Source: Candidatus Krumholzibacteriota bacterium (lineage in GTDB: Bacteria; Krumholzibacteriota; Krumholzibacteriia; JAJRXK01). Taken from it: 64,000 bases of DNA. The stretch is from NCBI GenBank assembly GCA_963764625.1, contig CAVXTH010000004.1, positions 12,895-76,894 on the forward strand, in the 5' to 3' direction. Below the pieces are notes generated by a model. It did no database searches and had not been told where the DNA came from. It saw only the letters and a program-made list of their open reading frames with translations. Within the stretch, counting starts at the first letter, position 1. Every line of letters begins with the position of its first letter. The translations under genes and the position numbers were made by a program. Shown one piece after another: positions 43,975 to 53,609 of the stretch.

Positions 43975-44414
43975 AGATCAAACCTGATCTGGCGACAAAG
44001 ACGGACGTTGTTCCCATCATTAACGTCGCGCTGGTAATCGTACTGACGCTGATGATCATTTCCCCTTCTCTCAACCAGGTCACAACGGACGTTGATCTGC
44101 CCGAAGCGCGTGCAACACAGACCGATGAAGAGAACAAGGTTGAGATCACTTGCACCCTCGACGGTCAGATCTACTTGGCCGATATGGCGGTGAGTCCAGA
44201 AGAGATCGCTTCGATATTGGGAGAGCTCCTCGAGGAAAACCCGGGTGCGATCGCAGTGGTGCGTGCCGACAAGAATCTCGTGTACGGAAACGTGGAGCGC
44301 ATCATCGCAGAGGTCGAGAAAGCCAAACCAGCGGAAATCTCACTGGCCACCGCGCCCCCCAGGAAAGCGGTAGAGAGGAAGTTGATTCACGACCATGATG
44401 CGTTACGCCCATAG
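43971..44414 (+). CDS. exbD: Second ExbD/TolR protein (Asn at the usual TM Asp position)
   Basis: DVVPIINVALVIVL; VDLPEA; VRADKNLVYGNV. Confidence 0.85.
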   Translation: MKIKPDLATKTDVVPIINVALVIVLTLMIISPSLNQVTTDVDLPEARATQTDEENKVEITCTLDGQIYLADMAVSPEEIASILGELLEENPGAIAVVRADKNLVYGNVERIIAEVEKAKPAEISLATAPPRKAVERKLIHDHDALRP

Positions 44415-45672
44415 CCGGGCTCGTCCCACTCAGGGGGGCATGGTCACCAGCGTGATGGTGCATTCCCTGCTATTGCTCCTGCTGGGTTTGGCATTACGCC
44501 ATGGCGCGTCGCTTCCCATTCCCATGGATAAGCTGACCAAGATCACCTACATCGAGGCGCATCAGGGTGAAAATGTAGATGAAATGATACGCCTCAAGAC
44601 GATGGCCAAGCGCCATCCCAAGTTAGCCGACGGCGCAGGCATATCGACGCGCTCTGCCGTCAAGAGCAAGTCAGTGGCAGAACCGGGTCCTCTGCCACAA
44701 TTGCGAACGCCCGAGCGCAAGAGTGTTGCCGAGATCACGACGCCCCTGCCCACTCCGACTCGCATGCAGCAGCGCGAATTGGCCACCGCTCCGCAGCTCG
44801 ATGCCAAGTCGAAGGACTTGGCGCAGGTTGCAGTCTGCCTTCCTGACGCCCTGCGCAGACCCCAGCTTGAGGATGCGTCCTCCGCTACGCCCAGGCTGAC
44901 CGCGAAGTCGGCCCCGCAGAGTCTTGAAGGTGCGACTCACTCCCTCGAGAGTCGGCGGACCGAATTTGATCTCGCAGGTGGCGACGTCGACCCCGCACCT
45001 CGCTCCTCGACTGGTTCTGCCGAAGGTTTAGCTGAAACAGGAGTGGCCGGACCGGGCAAGGCCACCCTACGACCATCCAAGGGTGGCACCGGATATCGAG
45101 CGCCTCGGCCGGGTCGGCCCGCACACCGCCAGGGAGAAGCGATCGCTGATGTAGGCGCTGACGACATCGTCGGAAATGGCGAAGGCGGTGGCACGGCAGA
45201 CAAGGTGGACGCCGCACCCGTTCGACTACGGCAGTGGAAGCGGTGGCGGCTTGCGTGGGCGCGCGAGCGGAGATATCGCCCCCGATCGCAGCGCGATCAA
45301 ACCAACCCAAAAAGCCAAGGAAGACGCTCAGAAGCAACTTGCCGACACCAAGGCCACCGAACTCACTGCAAATGGCATGAACATGAGCATCACCGGAGAA
45401 TTTCAGGTCGAAAGGTTTTGCACATGGTCCCGCCGAAGTACAGCAGCTTGGCCAAGAAGAAGGGTTGGGAGGGCGTGGTAGCGGTGCACTTCACCGTGTT
45501 TCCCGATGGACGGGTCAAGGACAATCTCTACTTCGAACAGACTTCCGCCCATCGCGATCTCAATCAGGCAGCGATGACCGCGATTCGCCAGTTCAAGTTC
45601 GCCCCCCTCTCCGGCGATGACTCGCAGGTCGAGCAGTGGGGATTGATTACTTTCGTCTTCCGCTTGCACTAG
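44395..45672 (+). CDS. tonB: TonB family energy transducer (possible internal frameshift)
   Basis: SVMVHSLLL TM motif; low-complexity linker; C-terminal PKYS..AKKKGWEGVVAVHFTVFPDG...LNQAAM.AIRQFKF. Confidence 0.85.
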   Translation: MMRYAHSRARPTQGGMVTSVMVHSLLLLLLGLALRHGASLPIPMDKLTKITYIEAHQGENVDEMIRLKTMAKRHPKLADGAGISTRSAVKSKSVAEPGPLPQLRTPERKSVAEITTPLPTPTRMQQRELATAPQLDAKSKDLAQVAVCLPDALRRPQLEDASSATPRLTAKSAPQSLEGATHSLESRRTEFDLAGGDVDPAPRSSTGSAEGLAETGVAGPGKATLRPSKGGTGYRAPRPGRPAHRQGEAIADVGADDIVGNGEGGGTADKVDAAPVRLRQWKRWRLAWARERRYRPRSQRDQTNPKSQGRRSEATCRHQGHRTHCKWHEHEHHRRISGRKVLHMVPPKYSSLAKKKGWEGVVAVHFTVFPDGRVKDNLYFEQTSAHRDLNQAAMTAIRQFKFAPLSGDDSQVEQWGLITFVFRLH

Positions 45673-45737
45673 TGAGAAGCAGGAGCCAGACCCGGTACGC
45701 AGAGATGCAAAAGGAATGAACAATGTTCGGGTTCAAC

Positions 45738-46757
45738 ATGAAGAAGAGAGTGACTCCGATACGCGCCCTGCTCGTTTGGGTTTCGATGCTCTCGGAGCCC
45801 TCGCACTCACGCCCGCGGCTTCGGCACAGCCAGGTACCACCGCACGGCCAGACAGTTCGGCGACGCTAGACAGTCCGGCGCAGAAAGTCTCCGACGAGAA
45901 TGAATCCGGGAACACCTTCACCGAGCCCGGTGAGAATGGCGCTGTCCTGGACGACGTGGTCGTCGAAGCAGAGAACGAAGTGCGGCAAGGCGTCGAGAAG
46001 ACCTCCTTCGAATTCGAACTCAGTGCTGCTGTGATCGATTCCTTTCTGAGTGAGGTCGACAAGGAAGCTCTCGAGGTCAGTCCAGTGAGCGGTCTTCAGC
46101 CGTACTTGAACAACTTGCAACCCATGGCCAGCGATCAAACTCCCCATCTCTGGCTACCCGAGATACCGGGCACCCCGGTGCGACCTCTACCCCGACCCCG
46201 AACCAGGGCGACAGATGAGCCATTGGCAGCTGACGATCACGGACTTCCGAGGCTCTCCCTATCGAACTTTCGAAGGCAAGGGATCCCCCCCGACAAACTC
46301 CGCTGGGACGGACGCAGCGGTGAGGGCAAATGATCCACACCGGCTATCCTTACAGCTACGTATTCACCACGACCGACAAGGGAACTAACGCGTACAACCA
46401 TGCCGGCGTGAGTTCCGGTTGCCTGCCCTGGACTATCATGCTGGCGACGACCGTATTCTCGAACTCAGTGGTAGCGAACTCTTCGAGCGCTCGGATGTGA
46501 CACTGCTGGAGACCGGAGAGAAATGCGCTAGTACAAGCTACCGACATCATGCGCCAACACCCCTATTCGCCATTCGAGGTGGTCTGTGTTGCCGAAGACG
46601 CTGAACTAGCTCGCAAGCGGGCCGAGGTCGTGGCGAGATTTTTGGCAGATCGTATGGTTTTGCCGCGCGAGCAGGTGGAAGTCTCCTTCAACAGCAACCA
46701 GACCTACGCTCGGAGATGGACGGTCATGTGCGGATCCTAATCCAGCACGCGGAGTGA
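45738..46757 (+). CDS. Exported protein with FlgD-like and degenerate OmpA-like domains (frameshifted)
   Basis: Signal peptide; WQLTITDFRG..RTFEG...LRWDGRS; LFE...LARKRAEVVARFL OmpA-like helix. Confidence 0.6.
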
Positions 46758-46770
46758 GTGGAGTGACGGC

Positions 46771-46894
46771 TGTTCCTACCATGGGGCGCTGCTCGTAACA
46801 AGCCGAGGGCCTGAAGCTGATGACGGATTGCAATGTTCTCCAAAAATCGGTCTCGGGATCTAAAGAGAGCGACTACGTTCCTTGGGCAGGGACA
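46771..46894 (-). mobile_element. MITE-like element, copy G
   Basis: Ends CTGTTCCTACCAT / GGCAGGGACA; minus-strand interior VALFRSRDRFLENIAIRHQLQAL. Confidence 0.7.
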
Positions 46895-46940
46895 ACCCCG
46901 ATCCTGGTCCCACGGGTTCCGCCATTCGCAAACGAAATGC

Positions 46941-47120
46941 TCATGCTGCCCGTCAATCGTAGTAGTTGAACATTCCACGAAGGCGCTGCTTAAGCTCAAC
47001 CTTCCCCACTCTCTGAGGCTCTGCCCCCGCTAACGAGTTGGTTTCCAATACCTTGGTGACTGCGCTTGTCTTCATCGTGAGCCAAGAACTCGCGATGGCT
47101 CGATCAAGGGATGTTCGCCC
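46941..47120 (-). pseudogene. DDE integrase-core transposase C-terminal remnant
   Basis: Minus strand with shifts: SLDRAI/REFLAH...RSHQGIGNQLV/..GKVELKQRLRGMFNYYD*RAA*. Confidence 0.6.
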
Positions 47121-47261
47121 CGCGGTTCTCGTGCGTATCAGAAAGAAAGAGGCAGGATGGCGGCATCCCTGCCGCGATCGTAAGCGCGGGCCGACGGCCG
47201 AACGCGAGGGTCGCGGCCGTGAGGGTGCAGCGTTCTCAAAAGCCCAATGGAGTGATAAACC

Positions 47262-50081
47262 ATGAAATACTACGAACGCTCGAAGCTCGTGCGCAGCGTC
47301 CTCATCGTGCTGGGATGCACGGCATTGCTGGCATCGGGCCGTCGTCGGCCCATGCCGACTCCGGGAGATCTCGACCCCTCGTTCGGGGGCTTCAGCTACG
47401 ACGGCGTGGCGACCCAGTACGGCTATCCGATGGATGGCGGGGAACGCGGCATGGCGATCCAGCCGGACGGCAAGATCGTCATGGCTGGATACACCTCGCT
47501 GGGAATCCTCGTCATGCGCTATCTTCCAGACGGCACTCCCGATCCTACGTTCGGCGGTGGGGAGGGCGCGGTGGCCCTCCTACATCCGAGCGTGGTGACC
47601 AGGGCGACGGACGTAGCGATCCAGGCCGATGGGAGGATCGTCGTGGCCGGATGGGCCGACACGGGACCGGCCGACTATATGCTGGCCCGTCTCACCCCGA
47701 GCGGCTATCTCGATCCCTCGTTCGGCTCGGGCGGCTGGGTCCTCACCGACTTCTCGGACGACACCGATCAGGCGTACAGCGTCGTCATCCAGAGCGACGG
47801 CAAGATCATCGCCGCCGGCCGCTCGCTCATCGGCAATGACTACGATTTCTCCGCCGCCCGTTACAACCCGAACGGAACTCTGGACATGAGTTTCGGCGGT
47901 GACGGGCTCGTCACGGTCGGGTTCGGCAAGCTCGGACCCGACAACAACGAAGCCTGCTACGACATCGCTCTCGACAGCAGCGGTCGGCTAGTGATGGTCG
48001 GCGGCGGCACCGATGTCTGGACGACGGGCACGTTCGATATCGCCCGCCTGACGACGAGCGGCTCGTTGGATGTCACGTTCAACACGATCGGCAGGAAGCA
48101 CTGGGACGTCGGACCGGACAACACGCAGGCGTCGGCCGTCGCCATCGCGCCGGACGGCAAGATCGTCGTCGCAGGGTCGCAGGTTTACTTCAATTCGTCG
48201 CAGAGCGGCGAAGCCTATGCCGCTCGCTTCCTTCCGAACGGTGACTTCGACAACTCGTTCGACGACGACGGCAAGCTCAAGGTCTCGGACAACTACTTCA
48301 TCAGGGACGTCGTCGTGCAACCTGACGGCAGAATCTTACTGCTGGGCGACGCCGCGTTCTCGGCGAGTCAGTGCTCTGCGCTGTTCATGCGCCTCGCGCT
48401 GGACGGATCGCGCGATCCGACGTTCAGTGACAACGGCACGTACTACTCCGCAGAGAGCGGCTACTGCAAGGGCTATGACCTCGCCCTTTTGCCCGACGGC
48501 CGCCTGCTTGCCTACGGCGCGAAGGACCAGAACCATCTGCTCGTTCAGCTCTGGCCCGACGGCACGCTCGATGTGGCCGGCAAGCAGGCGATCGGCTTTG
48601 ATACGCCCGGATTCGGAGCCGGCACGTACTCGATCGGCTACGGCATGGCCATTCAACCGGACGAGAAGATCATCGTCGCGGGAACCGTCTATGGCCCTGC
48701 GGGGGACGCCGATTTCGGTCTGGCGCGCGTCTTTTCAACCGGGAGGATTGACGACACCTTCGGCACCTACGGACGCGCCACGTTTGCATTCGACGAGGAC
48801 GACCTCGGTACCTGCGTCGCCTTGCAAAGCGACGGCAAGATCATCATGGCCGGCGACACCCAAAACGGTTCGGATCGCGACTTCATGGTCGTGCGCTTCA
48901 ACCCCGACGGCAGCGTCGACGGATCGTTCGGATTTCTCGGCTTCTCTGTACTCGACTTCCTGGGCGGAGACGACTACGGCCGCGCGATTGCCATCGCGCC
49001 GGACGGGAAGATCGTCGTCGTCGGAACGGTTTTCAACGGCGCCCGCAACGTCTTTGGGGTGGCTCGCTTCAACAGCAACGGCACGCCCGACACCTCCTTC
49101 GACATCGATGGCAAGCAACTGGTCGAATTCGCAGTCGGACCGACCCATTGGGCGTCCAGCGTCGCCGTCCTTCCCGACAACCGGATCCTCGTCGGCGGCA
49201 GCGTCGGCGGCGACTTCGCTCTGGCACGCTTAAACGTGGACGGCAGCCTCGATACAACCTTCGGCAGCGCGTTCGGCGGATCTGGTAGGCGCACCTATGA
49301 TTTCGGCGGCAATGACTACTTGAACGCACTCAAGCTGAGTTCGGGCGGCGCGATCTATGCGGCCGGCAGCAGTGAGATCGCTGGTCACACCGTCTTCGCG
49401 ATGCTGCAGTTGCCCTCGCACGGCGGGCCGCCGACCTGCTTCCCCACTCCCTGCCCTTGGCCGAGTGGACAGGCGACCGTCGACTGGGGCGCGAGCGTGA
49501 ATGGCGCAGCCTATGCGATCGACCTGAGTGACGATGGCCAGGTGTTGGTGGGCGGAATCGCGGGCGGAAAGATGGCGTGGGCCCAGGTTCCCGCATCGTC
49601 GACGCCGATGCCGATCCTGGGCATGGCCGATTTCCCGGGCGCCAGTGACACCGCCACCGGCATCAGCTTCACCAGCTTGGGCAAACTCGTCGCGTCTGGC
49701 TACTACGATCAGAACGGAGTCAAAGCCCTGGCGCTGGCGAGCTTCGAGACGACCTTTAACGCGGTTAGCGTCCCTGACGATGGCACGACTCGGGCCTCGA
49801 CGCAGGTGCGCTTCCTCTCCGCCTACCCCAATCCCGCGTCGGGTCGAACCCTGTTCGACTTCGAGCTCCCGAGCTCCGGCACCACGCGCGTCTCGGTCTA
49901 CGATCTGGCCGGTCGACGCGTTCGGGTGCTTGCCAACGAGCCTCTCGCCGCCGGGAGACACGAGCTGGCATGGGACACGAACGACAGCCACGGGCGACCG
50001 GTGGCGGCGGGGATCTACCTGGCGCGCGTGGAGTTCGGGACCTTCCACGCGCAGAAGAAGATCATCGTATTCAGTCGCTGA
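47262..50081 (+). CDS. Delta-60 repeat (DUF5122-like) beta-propeller protein with FlgD/T9SS-like CTD
   Basis: More than 10 repeats of AIQPDGKIVVAG...ARY.PDG.LD.SFG; C-terminal AYPNP...YDLAGRRVR...WD...GRPVAAGIY. Confidence 0.93.
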   Translation: MKYYERSKLVRSVLIVLGCTALLASGRRRPMPTPGDLDPSFGGFSYDGVATQYGYPMDGGERGMAIQPDGKIVMAGYTSLGILVMRYLPDGTPDPTFGGGEGAVALLHPSVVTRATDVAIQADGRIVVAGWADTGPADYMLARLTPSGYLDPSFGSGGWVLTDFSDDTDQAYSVVIQSDGKIIAAGRSLIGNDYDFSAARYNPNGTLDMSFGGDGLVTVGFGKLGPDNNEACYDIALDSSGRLVMVGGGTDVWTTGTFDIARLTTSGSLDVTFNTIGRKHWDVGPDNTQASAVAIAPDGKIVVAGSQVYFNSSQSGEAYAARFLPNGDFDNSFDDDGKLKVSDNYFIRDVVVQPDGRILLLGDAAFSASQCSALFMRLALDGSRDPTFSDNGTYYSAESGYCKGYDLALLPDGRLLAYGAKDQNHLLVQLWPDGTLDVAGKQAIGFDTPGFGAGTYSIGYGMAIQPDEKIIVAGTVYGPAGDADFGLARVFSTGRIDDTFGTYGRATFAFDEDDLGTCVALQSDGKIIMAGDTQNGSDRDFMVVRFNPDGSVDGSFGFLGFSVLDFLGGDDYGRAIAIAPDGKIVVVGTVFNGARNVFGVARFNSNGTPDTSFDIDGKQLVEFAVGPTHWASSVAVLPDNRILVGGSVGGDFALARLNVDGSLDTTFGSAFGGSGRRTYDFGGNDYLNALKLSSGGAIYAAGSSEIAGHTVFAMLQLPSHGGPPTCFPTPCPWPSGQATVDWGASVNGAAYAIDLSDDGQVLVGGIAGGKMAWAQVPASSTPMPILGMADFPGASDTATGISFTSLGKLVASGYYDQNGVKALALASFETTFNAVSVPDDGTTRASTQVRFLSAYPNPASGRTLFDFELPSSGTTRVSVYDLAGRRVRVLANEPLAAGRHELAWDTNDSHGRPVAAGIYLARVEFGTFHAQKKIIVFSR

Positions 50082-50195
50082 GCTGGTGACGTGAAACGGT
50101 CCCAGCCGGCGACTCGTCCGGGGGGATCCCTCGCGCGCCCCATGTCGGTGCCGCTGTGCTATATTTAGCCTCCCCCAATGCGGCGGAGGCGCCCC

Positions 50196-50819
50196 ATGTC
50201 CCACGCGGCTTCCGGGGAGGGACCGGGTAATCGTGATCCGGTCCCCTCCCAGCGAACCGCCATCACGATCGAGCTTCTGGATCGCGCCAAGCAGGGCGAT
50301 GCGGAGGCCCTCTCGCAGATCATGGAGAGGTACGCTCCCCGTCTGCAACGCTGGGCCACCGCGCGGCTTCCCCGGTATGCGCGCTCGATGTTCGACACTT
50401 CCGATCTCGTTCAGGACTCCCTCGCGCGGACCCTGCAGGGCTTGGACCGGGTCGAGGTTCGCGGCCCCGGCGGCTTCGAGGCCTACGTGCGGCAGGCCAT
50501 CCTCAACGGCATCAAGGATCAGATCCGGCGCGCGCGCGTCCGCGGCAACCCTGAGAACATCTCCGACGCGATGGTCCATTCCGCACCGTCTCCCCTGGAG
50601 GAGGCCATCGGCTTCGACCTGCTCGAGCGCTTCGAGCGGGGCATGTCCGCCCTTGGTCCCGAGGATCGCCGGCTCCTGCACCTGCGCATCGAACTCGACT
50701 TCGACTTCGACGAGATCGCCGCGGCCACGGGACGACCGAGCCGCGACGCAGCTCGCATGGCCCTCCAACGCGCGCTTGCGCGGCTGTCGAAGGTAATGGG
50801 ACATGACCGACGACCGTAA
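50196..50819 (+). CDS. ECF sigma factor coupled to a Ser/Thr kinase
   Basis: LLDRAKQGD.EAL...DTSDLVQD; FDEIA...DAARMALQRAL; overlaps the kinase start. Confidence 0.88.
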   Translation: MSHAASGEGPGNRDPVPSQRTAITIELLDRAKQGDAEALSQIMERYAPRLQRWATARLPRYARSMFDTSDLVQDSLARTLQGLDRVEVRGPGGFEAYVRQAILNGIKDQIRRARVRGNPENISDAMVHSAPSPLEEAIGFDLLERFERGMSALGPEDRRLLHLRIELDFDFDEIAAATGRPSRDAARMALQRALARLSKVMGHDRRP

Positions 50820-53553
50820 GATCGAGGAACTGATCGCCAAGATGACACGCGGAGAGCCGATCGACTGGGATGCGGCGTGGAACCGCGCTACGACCGACGA
50901 GGGACGCGCCCGTCTGGAAGCGCTGCGCGGGATCGACCAGATCGCGGCTTTCAACCATGCCGAGTGGGAGCGCTTCGCGCCGCTGCTCGCACACCTGCGC
51001 GAGATGGAATCGGACGGGCCAGCGCCCGAATCCCCCACCCCCCCGCTTGCCGGCGCCACCATCGGTGCCTACACGCTGGAGTCCCCGCTGGGCGTGGGAG
51101 GCATGGGGGAAGTCTGGCTGGCGCGCCGCAGCGACGGCCGCTTCGAAGGCCGGGCGGCCATCAAGCTCCTCCGGCCACCCCTGGCGGGATCGGAAGGCCT
51201 GGCGCGCTTCGAGCGCGAGGGGCGAATCCTCGCGCGCCTGCGACACGGCAACATCGCGCAGCTTCTGGACGCGGGCGTGACACCGACCGGGCAGCCGTAC
51301 CTGTTGCTCGAGCATGTCGCCGGCGTGGCGATCGATCGCTACTGCGACCAGCATGCTCTCGAGGTGCGCGCCCGGGTCGAGCTGTTCCTCGCGGTTCTCG
51401 ACGCGGTAGCGCACGCGCAGGCCAACCTGGTTCTGCACCGCGATCTCAAGCCGTCGAACATCCTCGTCGACACCAGCGGTACCGTGAAGCTGCTGGACTT
51501 CGGCGTCGGCAAACTCCTCGAGGAGAGCAGCGGCGCCACCGCCGTGGCCGGGCCGACGACGAGCTTGGGCCGGGCACTCACTCCCGAGTTCGCGGCCCCG
51601 GAGCAGCTGCGGGGCGACCCGGTGACGACGGCGACTGATGTCTACTCCGCCGGCGTGGTGCTCTACCTACTCTTGACGCGCCGCCATCCGGCAGGCGACG
51701 TGCGCGACGCTCCGCTCAAGCGGATGCAGGCGATTCTCGAGTCCGAGCCAAGGCCGGCGAGCGAGGTGGTCGTGGAATCATCGGTCACCGCCCGGACGCG
51801 CCGCGAGCTGCAGGGTGACCTGGAAAGGATCCTGGCGAAGGCGTTGAAGAAGGATCCTCGCGAGAGATACGAGAACGCAGCCGCGTTCGCCGCGGATCTG
51901 CGGCGCTTCTTGAACCGGGAGCCCGTGACGGCCCGTGACGACACGGTCCGCTACCGGGTCGGGAAATTCGTGCGCCGCCACCGCACCTCCGTCGTCAGTT
52001 CCTGCCTGGTGTTCGTGGCGCTCGCGGCCCTGACGATCTTCGCGATGGCAGAACTCATCGAGGTGCGCCACCAACGCGATGAGGTGAGGGCGCAGATGCA
52101 GCTTGCCGAGGGGTTCAACACCGTGGTGACGAGCGTGCTCTCGCAAACCGGGCCAGGGGGGCGAGCGCTGTCCCCCGAGGAACTTCTCGATCGCGCCGTC
52201 GACGAGGTGCAGGCGCGCTATGCCGACAATCCAGGCTTCCTCGTGGACATGCTCATCCGAATCTCCGGCCGCTACTTCGACCTGGGCGATCACAACCAGG
52301 AATACGCGACGCTGGTTCGGGCCGAGGAGATCGCGCGCCAGACTGGGGATCCGTCCCTGATCTTCCTCGTCCAGTCCAACACCGTCGAGACGGAACTGTA
52401 CCTCGGAAGGCGACGGGAAGCCCATCGGCGTCTCGAGGAGGCGACGCGACTTCTGCCGGAGCTGCGACCGCCGCCTCCGCTCGTCGCCTATCAGCGGGCC
52501 GCGGCCCAGCTGGCGGAAGCCGATGGGGACTTTCCGGCTGCCATCGTCTACCTCGAGCGGGCGCGCCAAGAGATGGAGAGCACCGGCGACATTCACGGAA
52601 ACTCCTACGCCGGTCTGCTCAGCGTGCTGCGGCTGTGCCATTTCCTGGCGGGTGAGCTGCGGGAGGCGCACCGCAATGCGCTGGAGATGGTCGAAGTCCA
52701 CCGGCGACATCATCGCGAGAATTCGGTGGCCGGCATGATTTCCCGTGGCGTTCTGGCCATGAGCTGCGGCGACCTGGGGCAAGTCGCACGCTCGCGCGTC
52801 ATGCTGGAGGAGGTCTTCCCGGAGCTGACGCATCCGGATACTGCCGAACCGGGTCTGTGGCTCGTCTTTGGCTGGACCTACGGCGAGCGACTGGGTCGGC
52901 TGGGCCAGGGCGAGCGCGCGCTTCCCCTGATCCGCGCCTCGCTCGACATGGTCATCAGCGGCGGCAATCGGATGAACGAAACGCGCGCACGCTTGGCGCT
53001 GGCGCGTACCCTGCTGCAAGTTGGTCGCTTGAAGGAGGCTCGAGGCGAGCGTCGACACGGTCGCGACCTCGGCGGCAGACCGACTCGACGGCCAATCGGA
53101 TCTGGCTTGTCGAGACGGATCGGCTGCGGGCTGAGCTCGACCTGCGCCGGCAGCAGCTCGATCGCGCGGAGCTGGAGGCCACTTCGGCCCTCCGGCGGAT
53201 CGGCGAGCCCACGCCCCTGAGCGGTCCGCGGCTCGGCCCAACTGCTCCTGACGCTCGCCCGCGTGCAACTCGCCCGAGGCCACGCGGCGCAGGCGCTGGG
53301 TTCGTCGCTCCAGGCCGCCCGCGTTTTCGCATCGGCCACCGACGAGCCCTCGCAGAGCGCCGACTACGGCGAAGCGATGCTGGTAGCGGCCCGGGCTCAA
53401 CTCGCCGCTGGCAACACCGAGCAAGCGGGCCGAAGCCTCGCACTCGCCGTGCCTGCGCTCGGCAACGGCCTGGGCGCCAAGCACGAGCTGACGCGACTCG
53501 CTCGCAGTTTAGCCGCCCGGGCAGCCGACGATCCCAGCTCTAGAAAGGACTAA
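50803..53553 (+). CDS. Membrane Ser/Thr protein kinase with TPR C-terminus (frameshifts near 53050-53230)
   Basis: LGVGGMGEV, AIK, HRDLKPSN, DFG, APEQ, DVYS; one TM segment; TPR-like tail. Confidence 0.9.
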
Positions 53554-53572
53554 GCCAGTTCGTCCATCCCGA

Positions 53573-53595
53573 GCCCGCCCGTTGATCGGGCGGGC
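53573..53595. terminator. Hairpin between convergent genes
   Basis: GCCCGCCCG-TTGAT-CGGGCGGGC perfect 9-bp stem. Confidence 0.55.
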
Positions 53596-53609
53596 CAGGA
53601 TGCGGTGAC

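Noticed and set aside
33350-46760. Dense frameshifts as programmed frameshifting or pseudogenisation of the operon
   Set aside because: Mostly small indels, often in homopolymers (e.g. the T/A run near 40590), with protein motifs continuing cleanly in another frame; read or assembly error is more likely. Needs read support.
47262-49400. Delta-60 repeats as a novel repeat family
   Set aside because: They match the known delta-60/DUF5122 propeller pattern.
49230-53484. Long antisense ORFs (610 aa, 568 aa and similar elsewhere)
   Set aside because: They shadow well-supported genes on the opposite strand in high-GC DNA and lack recognisable motifs.
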